Shown in pieces: positions 1-9,462 of a DNA stretch of 39,952 nucleotides (position 1 is its first letter; every line of letters begins with the position of its first letter). A model generated the notes under the pieces. That model was not told where the DNA came from. It searched no databases and saw nothing but the letters and a program-made list of their open reading frames with translations. Source of the stretch: Halocafeteria seosinensis. Lineage: Eukaryota. The stretch spans positions 1 to 39,952 of the forward strand of contig LVLI01000081.1 in the NCBI GenBank assembly GCA_001687465.1, given 5' to 3'. A program made the position numbers and the translations under genes.

Positions 1-3
1 GAC

Positions 4-954
4 TTGCCTTCCCGACCAGCTCAGTGGCGTTCGATGAATCTATTTTCCCCTATGGGTCCATACGGTATCACTGGATGCAATCGTATCTTTTGGAGCGTAC
101 CTGACGATGAAGATGAAATGTCAAAACTTGCTATGCAGTTCCATCGAATGAACGTAGTGGTCAATCAGCTTTCAGCGAAAGAACTGACGGTCATGTTTCC
201 CGAAGGCCCACAATTACACATAGTAGCCGAAAGTACCGCCCAGCGCAAACCTATGATGGGGAGAATTTCGGGAATAGAGTTAGCTGTATCTGACTGGGAA
301 TATACCCGCGAAGCTCTCCGAAACTCTCATGGATTCTCGTTGCGCACTCTTAGTCCTACTGAAGGCTTTGCTGAGGCTAAGGAGAGAACCGAGGAAAGCT
401 CAACGTCTGAACAAGTTGTGCCATACAATGTGTCTCCAGTTTGGATGGATGCTCCCGGTAAAGATACCGGTGCGTTACCATTACAAGGCTTCAGATTCAT
501 TCTGGATACGGAACAAGTAGGATGTCCTGGTATGGAGATCCACTTTGTGCCGTCAAACAAGCTACAATTGCGGCTGTCTCGTGCTGCCGCCGTACAAAGC
601 GTACTTTCTTCTGGAGAGGCTTCTCAAGGCCAAATAGAAGCTAACCAAATGAACAGAAGGGACTTGGAGAAGCGTATGTCTCAAGTCTCTTCGGATGAAG
701 GATTGGTGCACAACCATAAGGACGCTGATATTGATTACATTCCCCGTTCAATTCCCAATTTGCCAGAGGCACTTACTCTCTCCGGCAGAACTGCATCAAA
801 GTCGCAAGAATTCACTAACACTGGAGGACGTACTGTAAGATACAACGATAGACGCCCAGTGAAGACACTTGACGACCCAGCCCCACAAGAAGAGAAGCAA
901 CCACCAAGAATCATCTCATGGTTAAAGGAATTATTCGTCTTTAACAGGCTATGA
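4..954 (+). CDS. Hypothetical protein, 5'-partial, possible glyoxalase/VOC-like fold
   Basis: 316-codon open frame from the window edge to TGA at 952-954. Segment RISGIELAVSDWEYTREALRNSHGF resembles a VOC beta-alpha unit. The fold call is weak. Confidence 0.55.
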   Translation: MPSRPAQWRSMNLFSPMGPYGITGCNRIFWSVPDDEDEMSKLAMQFHRMNVVVNQLSAKELTVMFPEGPQLHIVAESTAQRKPMMGRISGIELAVSDWEYTREALRNSHGFSLRTLSPTEGFAEAKERTEESSTSEQVVPYNVSPVWMDAPGKDTGALPLQGFRFILDTEQVGCPGMEIHFVPSNKLQLRLSRAAAVQSVLSSGEASQGQIEANQMNRRDLEKRMSQVSSDEGLVHNHKDADIDYIPRSIPNLPEALTLSGRTASKSQEFTNTGGRTVRYNDRRPVKTLDDPAPQEEKQPPRIISWLKELFVFNRL

Positions 955-1081
955 AGCAATGGCCCGCTTTTGACGCATTCGTGGTGTTGGAAAACATTGG
1001 TAGTGTGGATGTATATCGTACCGACTCAATTCAATAACGCGAATACCGTACACTACAGTACGTATTTTCCGGTTAAGTACG

Positions 1082-1099
1082 ATAAGAACTAGTTCTTAT
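1082..1099. repeat. Perfect 18-bp palindrome ATAAGAACTAGTTCTTAT
   Basis: ataagaact/agttcttat read directly. It lies between two convergent stop codons, next to a 10-bp tandem duplication cggcttcata x2 (1113-1132). Confidence 0.9.
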
Positions 1100-1292
1100 A
1101 TGGGACCTACGTCGGCTTCATACGGCTTCATACTCCGCAGAGATTGGCGTGTACCAAGACCCTCAATGTAGGTGGGTTTATCCTCGGGGTGCCGTGTGGA
1201 TCGGACAAGGAAGCATGCCGTTTTAGTATGTTCGTGAATACCCAATAGTGAATCGATATACTATCAGGCAGAAGGATCCTTGAGATACAAGA

Positions 1293-3653
1293 CTACTCCT
1301 TACGTATCCAGGAGGCTTGAGGCTCTACAATCAGGCGAGCGTTTATCCGAGCCCATGGAATGGGGAGTACTGTAGTCGCCCTATAGGTTTTCTCCTCTGT
1401 CCCTAAGGTGCGGCTAATGGAGAGAGCAGCAATTACTTTACCTTCTAAGTTATGAATGGGTAGGAGTAGTTGAAGACTACCCCAAAAGATGTTGAAGCTT
1501 TCCGTGCCGTTGTGGGCCTTAACTGTGGTATAGTACAGCTGTGGAACAGCTAAAGAATAGCAACGTTGAACTAACAGTTGCGATTCTCGGATACAGCGTT
1601 GGATTCGTTTCTCCGCCAGCACAACTCCTATCAGTCCTCGGGTAAAGCAAATTTGTTCTGCTCCATCGTGCACTGTTGTTAGAACCATTCTCTCTTTGAG
1701 AGATTTTAGGTGCTCGTCGTCAAATTCGTCCGCGAGATAAGTGATGTGCTCGTCAACTTTGTCGGCGCGCTTCCATTTGCAGCGGTTGGTGCGCTCCGTC
1801 GTAGTTGATAGGCGATTGTTGCTTACTCCCTCATTTCTCTCTGTCAGTTCGTCGTGCCCTATATTCTGATTGTCGAACGAGGCCTCTGCTAGGGCTTCCC
1901 GCACCGATTCTCCCACTGGGTCTTTGGAGTCCGTTTTCCCTAGTTCCTCGAGATGTGAATCTCTCTGCTGCCGTTCTAAAACCTCCTTTTCATGATCGTT
2001 CGCATGCGTATTCATATCAGAGCTTTGGTCGATTTTTCGAATTCTAAGTTCTTCCTCATCAAGAAGCCGTGTCATTACCAGGCGTAGCGCGTTTTGGCGA
2101 ACGATGTGATCTGCATTGGGTTCAACCCATCTGTTTGTATCGAACAATAGTCTTACGTCATCAGATTTAGTAAACTCTGCTTCTTCGAGTACTCCAACCC
2201 GCTGGATATTTGAATCGTCGCCGAAGAGTGGCTGTAAGAAAGTGTCCGTGGGATCGACGTCTTCCCCGTGGCGACGCTGAATTGTTCCGATTCCATCGGC
2301 AATTAACATATACGGTGGACTGGTTTCTTTAAATGGTCTTTGTCGTGCTTCCTCACAGCTTGTTGCCGGATTTATTTCAATCCTCCTCTCTGTACAAACA
2401 CAGACAATTGAATTCCCGACTTGGTCGTACAACCCGGTGCGGAACACGAGAGTGTACCGCGTAAATCCGCTATTCAAGAGGTCTCGAGTAAGGTCGTCTG
2501 GGTCTTGGCAATAAGTCTGCACAACCTTGCACTGCTCTACGAGACGAATCCAATAATATTTTAGGTATCGCATCATCGTAGTCTGAGTCCAATCGTCTTG
2601 AGTGCGGCTGTGTGTTGCAAGCTTACAGAGGCGGCGAAGTGCTCCTTCCGTTAATTGGACGATCTTAAGAAGAGAGCACCTGTCACGTACTGCAAACTCT
2701 ACCGGAACATCGTCGTCTTCGTATGCTGGCTGATTGAACCCTTTGTAATTTGAGGAGGCACGATGTTGTACTGTCACGACGTTGCTCTGGTTATCGAAGG
2801 AGTGTCGGTCGCTTTTGCGTATCTCTTCGAGTTCATAGGCAACCCGCTGCACTCTGTTAGGCGTGTAGAGATGATACATGCAGTTTGGCCTCATTATATC
2901 CTTAAAACTGTGTAGACTCAGTGGTCCTCTGATACAGTTCATGGTTGCTCCAGGGAAGCATTGCTCGATAACCCTTTTTGCCCAAACAGGATCACGCACA
3001 TGTATCCGAGTGCAGTTATTGGAGAAAGAGTTATTAGACTGGGTGCAGTGCAAACATAAATGCTCCAAAGGCACAGTACGATTCGAAATTAAGTCGTCGC
3101 CACTGGTACCCCAAGTTCGATAGTGGGGTTCGTCACGTTCGTGATCCGTCAAATGAATACGTGAACATTGCTCTTCACATTCCTCTACCTGACAGTAAGG
3201 TATAGAGGGCAAAATTCTCCTGGTTTTATCTTCGCCAAGAAACCATGCGAGTACAGCATTGAGGTTTTCAGGATGCAGTTTGGAACAGTGCCCGGCCCCA
3301 ATGGAACGGGGGGATCGCCCGGGGCAAAGAGGAATCAAGCACACCTCATTCAGTCCAATCGGCGTCTTGCAACCCACAATATCGACGTCCTTGTTCTGTA
3401 GATCCCGAGTACGATCCAAGAAATGCGCAAAAGTGCATTTCGCGTTGGCGCATCTTCCTTCGTTGTGCCAGTGGTAACACGGCTTCAGCTCACGATCTTC
3501 CTTGCGCAGATGGTTCCACAGGTGCACATCCATTATTATGTCTGTATTCCGAGGTGGCCCCTCACGTTTCTTTCTTCTTCGATTGACAATGCAAAATCGT
3601 TGCTTTGAATACTCACGAAATCGTAGAAGCATTTGATGGTCCATCAGGATCAT
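1293..3653 (-). CDS. Multi-CCCH zinc-finger protein with C-terminal DUF3825-like (predicted RNA-acting enzyme) domain
   Basis: N-terminal CYHWHNEGRCANAKCTFAH plus three further C..C..C..H units. C-terminal motifs DDW..MMRYLKYYWIRL, VFRTGLYD, HIVRQNALRL, AVPQLYY, LQLLLPI, AALSIS and YRATTVL..WARINARLIVEPQASWI follow the DUF3825 (PF12873) pattern as I recall it. A possible in-frame intron lies at 3542-3616. Confidence 0.8.
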   Translation of the reverse strand: MILMDHQMLLRFREYSKQRFCIVNRRRKKREGPPRNTDIIMDVHLWNHLRKEDRELKPCYHWHNEGRCANAKCTFAHFLDRTRDLQNKDVDIVGCKTPIGLNEVCLIPLCPGRSPRSIGAGHCSKLHPENLNAVLAWFLGEDKTRRILPSIPYCQVEECEEQCSRIHLTDHERDEPHYRTWGTSGDDLISNRTVPLEHLCLHCTQSNNSFSNNCTRIHVRDPVWAKRVIEQCFPGATMNCIRGPLSLHSFKDIMRPNCMYHLYTPNRVQRVAYELEEIRKSDRHSFDNQSNVVTVQHRASSNYKGFNQPAYEDDDVPVEFAVRDRCSLLKIVQLTEGALRRLCKLATHSRTQDDWTQTTMMRYLKYYWIRLVEQCKVVQTYCQDPDDLTRDLLNSGFTRYTLVFRTGLYDQVGNSIVCVCTERRIEINPATSCEEARQRPFKETSPPYMLIADGIGTIQRRHGEDVDPTDTFLQPLFGDDSNIQRVGVLEEAEFTKSDDVRLLFDTNRWVEPNADHIVRQNALRLVMTRLLDEEELRIRKIDQSSDMNTHANDHEKEVLERQQRDSHLEELGKTDSKDPVGESVREALAEASFDNQNIGHDELTERNEGVSNNRLSTTTERTNRCKWKRADKVDEHITYLADEFDDEHLKSLKERMVLTTVHDGAEQICFTRGLIGVVLAEKRIQRCIRESQLLVQRCYSLAVPQLYYTTVKAHNGTESFNIFWGSLQLLLPIHNLEGKVIAALSISRTLGTEEKTYRATTVLPIPWARINARLIVEPQASWIRKE

Positions 3654-4344
3654 CCACGAATTTTCTTCGATGTTGTTTCTTCAGAACTTGAAGTTAGTCC
3701 TCAATTTGTGGTACAAATCGTAGATGGATGTAGTCGTGGTCCATTTGAATATTCAGCCGGTAGGCCATAAATTATACACTCTCTCTACTACCTATCGTAG
3801 CTTAGCTACAGTTGCCCAATTTTACCAGGTGTACTTCAACACTTGGAGGCAAGGATTCCTTACCGTCGTTGCAATCGCCGAACAAAAGAAAGTTTTGACA
3901 TTGAATAAACTCTGGAAGTATTCCATTCAATCATCACTGTTGGCTATGGCGCTTGTTCCCATCTCTTGCAACTTAAAAATCTGTTAACTGTGGATTGTAT
4001 TCTTATTGGGCTGGCAAATGAATAAACTGGGACAGTGTGTTTCTTCACCTTCTTGACCCTGCCCTTTGCTTTGCAGCCTCATACTAACATGTAGGCGGTA
4101 CGTGGAGGCGCAAGAGCTACGACCTTTGACATGGGGAGAACGAACAAGAGAAAGAAAGAGAAACGTTCCGTGCGAGGCAGCCAGCGACAGGAATTAAGCG
4201 GCCTCGCTCGGCTTCGTTGTCGGCTCCAGACTAAACTAAAATCTCATCGGATGCCGATGCAAGCATCAACATGCTAAAATCGACTCATGTGGCACTGCAA
4301 CTGACCCCGCTCAGGAACACCAGCCATAGGACGACGGCATTTGT

Positions 4345-5860
4345 ATGTCATCTGATGATGAGAGGAAGCATAAGAAGTTATGGAAGAAGTTAAAATATAT
4401 CCTGAAAGAAAAAGACATTTGGCACAGTGTGAGTGACCTACTCAGAGAGACTCTTGCAAGAGTATCTGCGGAGGCAACAACGAGACGAGGGAAGTCGCTG
4501 AAGAAACAACTGCGGAAGGAGGTGTAAGATATATTGGAAAAAGGAAATGACTCGGAGGTTCCGCTGAACAGTCTCCTCTTGCAGAAACGCAAATCCAAGG
4601 ATCCGTCTGCTAAACAAGAGAGTGACTCACGTAAAATCACAGAGTTCGTGGACGAGGGTGCTGCTGAACAACAGATCGATTCACGGAAAATTGAGGAGGC
4701 CAGGGACGAGGGAAATGAGACGGTGGCACAGGAACATAGGAAAGAGTCTGGTGAAGAATTCGTGGACAAGAGTGCTGCTCAACAACGGTTCACGTGGTAG
4801 GAGAATGAGGTGGTGTCGCAGGAAAGTCGTGAGGACTCCGGGGATGTGCAGCAATTTCAAGATAGAGAGGAGCAAAAGGCGATATCTCTGAAGTAACGAC
4901 TATGGGGGCAGTTGCAGAGTATGATGGAAAAGGTCGGTCTATGGGAGAACGTGAAACCACGCCTCGAGGAGGCGTTTGCGGATATATTTGAAGAGCTGAA
5001 TAAAGGTTTGTTTGACGACAAGCGGGCCATTCAAGATTTCCTTGAAGAATGCGTTAATTCTGAAGACCAGAAAATTCTCCGCAAAGTCCGGCTGATCGGA
5101 ACTAAAGCGGCCGACTGGCTATCGGAAAGCGTAAGGATCGTATGGAGAGTAGGCTCGTGAAACTAAAAGTAAACGCTGCTATCGCATCAACCCCGACCAG
5201 TTCCCAGCGCAGTTTTTTCTTAGAGAGTGCACCTCTAAAATCAATGTAAAATATACAATGCCATGTTGCAAATCGCTTCGGAACCAAACAGATGGGTAAA
5301 ACGCTGTGCAGTCATAGGGGCAAATGGTATCGGCAAAACCATGGCGCGTCTCTATGTCGCTGCTCGCGGACTCCAAGATAACAAGTCAGTCCTCTTCCCT
5401 GGCGAATCGGTTAGGGACGATGACCTCTATCTTAAATTGGAGCGAAGTGCCGAAGGAGGGATTACACAACAGCCTGTAAGATACAACTTTCTCACAAATT
5501 GGAGCGAAGTGCCGAAGGAGGGATTACACAACAGCCTGTAAGATACAACTTTCTCACTGATTGGGGATTAGAAGACGACTATTGGGTACTTGCGGATACA
5601 GTGCCTCCGGTAAAGCTTCCGGATTGCCACGTGTTTTTGTTCACATCTGGCAACACTACGAGTTCGGTTGCATTCAAACGCTACATGGACAACCTTCCTG
5701 TTTGTTCTTTTTATCCTCCATGGAATTATGATGAATTCAACAACCGTTGCTCGGTCAGATAAAGCTGTGTTTAACGTTTTAGCATTTCTCTCCTGCCATG
5801 GGACTCGTAGGAAATTGTTTGGAAGGAATCATCAACGAGTTCGAAGAGTGGTGGGTTGCC
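4345..5860 (+). pseudogene. Decayed Crinkler/RHS-like P-loop NTPase gene
   Basis: One frame from 4345 is interrupted by stops (4525, 4798, 4894, several at 5158-5240). It carries Walker A AVIGANGIGKT, then YWVLAD..P...VFLFTSG..FKRY...FYPPWNYDEF as in CRN/RHS NTPases. A 62-bp duplication causes a frameshift. The 3' end is approximate. Confidence 0.65.
5434..5557 (+). repeat. Perfect 62-bp tandem duplication (2 copies)
   Basis: aaattggagcgaagtgcc...tacaactttctcac at 5434-5495 and 5496-5557. Confidence 0.95.
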
Positions 5861-6205
5861 CTTGGGAGCGCCATCGGTCTGGCAAAGTAGGCCTTCGATG
5901 ACATCCGTTTCGTTTATGACTGGTGGAAGGTCAGTTGCACACATCAGTCCCAGCTCCGAGGGTACAGGTTCCACCGCAGAGGATTGATGATCTGACGCCG
6001 CTGATTTCGACTGAGAGTCAGCAGCGTTTCTGTTTACATTTTCGGTCTGACTGTCGTCGTCCTTGTTTTCTTCTTCTTGCTGTTGTTGTTGCGTTTGTTG
6101 GTGATTCAGTTGTACCATTCGTTGAACGCGGTGAAACCGTTTTAGGTGGTGCTGCTGGTCACACGCTTGGTTGGCCACGGATTACCTTACACACATACAT
6201 TGCTA

Positions 6206-7238
6206 GCTGGGGCTGTATGCTACAGGGTTGGGCCAGCTGGTACTCAACTCTAGTTAGGTCTCTCAAGCCAGTACGTAGGGCCACACAAGACTAACAATGA
6301 AGCCGAATACGAAGGCCTGCTGCTGGGATTGAAACTAGTCTTCGATGCGCTTGACGCATCCCCAAGTGAGTTACCAGCCCCGGTGGACGTCNGCATGGAA
6401 TGCAACTCACAAACGATGGTGGATCACATGAATGGCGAAGCCCAGTGCCGCAAGGATAAGCTCATCCCGCTCTTCGAGAGGGCACGGACTGAATGGTTCC
6501 ACCTTAAGAACCTCCCAATGGTGAGGAGCGCAGAGATTAGGTTCATACGCAGGGCTTCAAACTCGGCTGCCGACCGCTTGGCTAAGACCGCGTCAAACAG
6601 CCCAGTGGGTAATGGTTCCTCCTGCTTAGACTGGCCGCCTAGAGCTACGCACACGGTAGACGATGTCGAGAAGTTTATCGACTTCAGGCTCCACGACAAG
6701 CGGATCCTCGCCCACTGGAAGGGATACCCAGAGGCAGCACGGACGTGGGAACCGGTTTCGTGGCTTCAGAAGGACCTGGGTAGCCGCACCTTCTTTGATC
6801 TCGAGCAGGAGATGTACTTCAATCTGGGTTATGTTGACGAAACTGAGCTGGACGGAACTCTTGGGGAGTTACCTCCCGCGTCAGGTGGTGGCTTGTCATT
6901 GGTCACAACTGTTGCGTCGGGAACAACACTTAATCCTGCCTGTGCTGCTGCAACCGGTCTTGGCGTNGGCGNCGCTGTGGCAGGCTCAGGGTCTTCTCCT
7001 GCCAGACTGAGCCTTGTCGGTACCTCTGACATTGTGGGCGCAGGCATGGCTCCTCCCCCGATGCCTCCTGAGCTTAACCAGTGCTGTGTTCCCTCACGGC
7101 GCATGTCAGCAAGGCTGCAGGAACAGCGGGCCCGTCGCTGCTTAACACGGGCGCATACCGCTCGTCGTTAAGAGGATGTGGTCAACTTCCCGGCCTGTGG
7201 GCTATCTGTCACATTTGTGTGTGTGTGTGTGTGTGTGT
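6206..7238 (+). mobile_element. 5'-truncated retroelement 3' end: RNase HI-like domain + chromodomain + short 3'UTR + (GT)n tail
   Basis: Frame from 6206 reads AGAVCY..*..YVGPHKTNNEAEYEGLLLGL..ECNSQTMVDHMNG..C..IRFIRRASNSAADRLAK (RNase HI-like). VEKFIDFR..ILAHWKGYPEAARTWEPVSWL is a chromodomain. Stop at 7169-7171 and (GT)n at 7217-7238. The 3'UTR recurs three more times in the window. Confidence 0.8.
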
Positions 7239-7374
7239 GAGAGTACACAGGCAGATCACCACCATCATCGTCATCATCACATCCTTATCCTGCGGGTGCG
7301 TTCGCTGCACTGGTTGGGCAAATTAAAGAGTCATCCAGGAATGTGATTTTTGTATTCCTCACTTATTACTCGAG

Positions 7375-7410
7375 AATTTGAGGGGTGATAAGCCCGATAC
7401 CCCTCAAATT
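7375..7410. repeat. Inverted repeat, 12-bp perfect stem with 12-nt loop
   Basis: aatttgaggggt (7375-7386) / acccctcaaatt (7399-7410). Confidence 0.85.
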
Positions 7411-7530
7411 TCGAAACAGCCGGATTGGTTTGAAGCGCACTTCTTGCGGAAATTGAATACCTATATCAATTACATTTCGTTCCTTATAAAAGTCTCACAA
7501 CCGGTATGTTGGTTATAAAACAAAAGAGTT

Positions 7531-7552
7531 GTGTGTGTGTGTGTGTGTGTGT
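7531..7552. repeat. (GT)11 microsatellite
   Basis: Read directly. It lacks the ctgtcacat junction seen in the element tails. Confidence 0.9.
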
Positions 7553-7780
7553 TTGTGAATAATACGGATGGGTTTACTTGTCAAGCTCCGCACTCAATTT
7601 AAACGAACAGTACAATATACAAGAAACATCCACTAACGATGAGTATATTTGCAATTTGATCAACTGTTCATGTAAATCTGCTACTATAGTAGTACAACCA
7701 TATGCATGCTGGCCTGTAGTGTGTTACCATGGTTGTATATACAACTCTCTAGCGGCTCAAGAGAAGACGAGGAGAGCGCG

Positions 7781-7820
7781 TTCCCGGCCGGTGGGCTATC
7801 TGTCACATTTGTGTGTGTGT
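7781..7820 (+). mobile_element. Short 3'-end copy of the (GT)n-tailed retroelement
   Basis: ttcccggccggtgggctatctgtcacattt(gt)5 matches the 7187-7226 tail region with one mismatch. It is flanked by direct repeat gcgcg (7776-7780 / 7821-7825). Confidence 0.85.
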
Positions 7821-8158
7821 GCGCGATCCACGTAAGCCAACTAAGATTAGACATACAAACCGTGTGATAATTGGCAAACGTATACACCGGTTAATGTGGA
7901 CAAGGAAAACCAGTGGCAAAGTTTGGGATTTGTTAAATTGGTTTGCAAAGTATATGTGTAACTGCCAAGTTCCTGTCCGCCATGAGTTGTCGCAACACGC
8001 AACAAGAGTCATCCAACGGAAGTTAGTAGCAAACTTTATTGGGCGTCATAATTACTTCTTGAGCAAATATACCGCCGTTGATAGCCATTCAGCACATTTA
8101 GAGGGGATACATGCTCGAAGATGGGGTTGCTGTCTCCCCAACAATCTCCACGGACACC

Positions 8159-8770
8159 TCAAATAACCACCCCGTCAAAAATCACATCCGCAATCGCGTC
8201 ATCCCCATCCCCATTCTCATCCTCATCCCCGTCATCCTCATCCTCATCATCATCACCATAAATCATGAGTAGTAGTTCACGTACTCGTTCAAATAACCGC
8301 ACCAGTGCGTGGTACAGTGTAGCTAGCACTAGTGCAAGGAATAGTAATTGTACTAGAAGTAGTCCGACGATACAAACCTTTCTCTGTGCTTCATCTGAAA
8401 AATTCGCTCCAATACAAACGCCGAGAAGGCAAATATAACTATACCATGCTGTTTTCACAAGTGCTTCCGCATGCGCTCTAACCTGGCTAACCTTAGCCTC
8501 GTTTTGATCTGGCGATAAGAATAACAGTACGCGGTACGCTAAGGAAATTTGTGCGTAGTACAGTAGAACTAGTACTAGTGCCAGTACCAGTGCCAGACTC
8601 AGTACTATCAGTACTTCCACAAGTATTTGCACCAGTAGTAGTCCGCCAATACAAATATGTCTCAGTTCTTCATCTGACAAATTCGCCACAATAGAAACTT
8701 CGAGAGCAAAGACAGAATATAGTACTGGTTTCATGAGAGCTTCGGTACCACTCCAGGCACTGCGGCTCAT
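8159..8770 (-). CDS. Hypothetical membrane protein with internal duplication and acidic tail
   Basis: ATG at 8770. Two similar units (ANLSDEELRHICIGGLLLVQIL / ANFSDEAQRKVCIVGLLLVQLL), several hydrophobic helices and a D/E-rich C-terminus. Confidence 0.5.
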   Translation of the reverse strand: MSRSAWSGTEALMKPVLYSVFALEVSIVANLSDEELRHICIGGLLLVQILVEVLIVLSLALVLALVLVLLYYAQISLAYRVLLFLSPDQNEAKVSQVRAHAEALVKTAWYSYICLLGVCIGANFSDEAQRKVCIVGLLLVQLLFLALVLATLYHALVRLFERVRELLLMIYGDDDEDEDDGDEDENGDGDDAIADVIFDGVVI

Positions 8771-9352
8771 TGTTCGTCCCTGCGTCAACCTTTACGACTT
8801 GAAAGTTGCAAGTCTCCGCTTGGTGCTGTCTGTTACAAGATACCATATACCATATACCATATATACTGTAACAGGGGGAGGTGGAAGAACCCGACTTACT
8901 GAATACCTGAAGAAGAAAGATACTTCCTTCGTTTGCTAACACACAGTACTAAAACAGGATAAACAAGAGAATGAGATATGAGGGAGTAAAATATTGCGCT
9001 TCTCTACAACCCACGTTCGATCATGAAAAATGTTGATGGACAGTATTGACTGGAAGGAAGCAAGCTTGAACCCCGACTCGCGTACTTGAAGGAAGAATCG
9101 TCTACGACGTCGTCGACGACAGGCAATTCAACTTTTGTGTTTAACGGTTAAACTTCAGCCTGTAGTCCAACACTCTCCCAAGCAGCTGTACTCGCACGTC
9201 GCCTCGAATTGTCCAATGTGAAGCGAAAGAACCGTCTATACGTCTCCGTTGTCCCTTTCGAGTACATCGTGGGGTGCGTGTCGACGACACGGTGTCGTTG
9301 CTGTGATTTCAGTGTGTAAAACTTTTAGACAGTTGTGCTAAAAGACGACGAC

Positions 9353-9462
9353 GAATGTGATGTGTGACTGATGGCCCACGTTATTCTAGCGGTAACAGAG
9401 AATGTGGTAACAGAATGTGATGTGTGACTGATGGCCCACGTTATTCTAGCGTGGGCCATCAG
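9353..9462. repeat. 39-bp direct repeat plus 13-bp perfect hairpin
   Basis: gaatgtgatgtgtgactgatggcccacgttattctagcg at 9353-9391 and 9413-9451. Stem ctgatggcccacg (9428-9440) / cgtgggccatcag (9450-9462). Confidence 0.9.

Noticed and set aside
4345..5263. Stop-codon reassignment suggested by in-frame TAA/TAG in one long frame
   Set aside because: Conserved genes here end at TAG, TAA and TGA at the expected positions and have no internal stops. This locus also has a frameshift, so it is a pseudogene.
6012..6018. tgagagt as 5' TSD for the long retroelement copy (matches 7238-7244)
   Set aside because: It lies about 190 bp upstream of where RNase H similarity starts, and the intervening sequence lacks the RNase H N-terminus. 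A 7-bp match at that distance can be chance.
7531..7552. (GT)11 as a fifth element tail
   Set aside because: It lacks the ctgtcacat junction and any clear TSD.
9353..9462. CRISPR-like repeat-spacer appearance (also 36528-36574 and 39070-39139)
   Set aside because: Only two copies each, no cas genes, and a eukaryotic intron-rich context.
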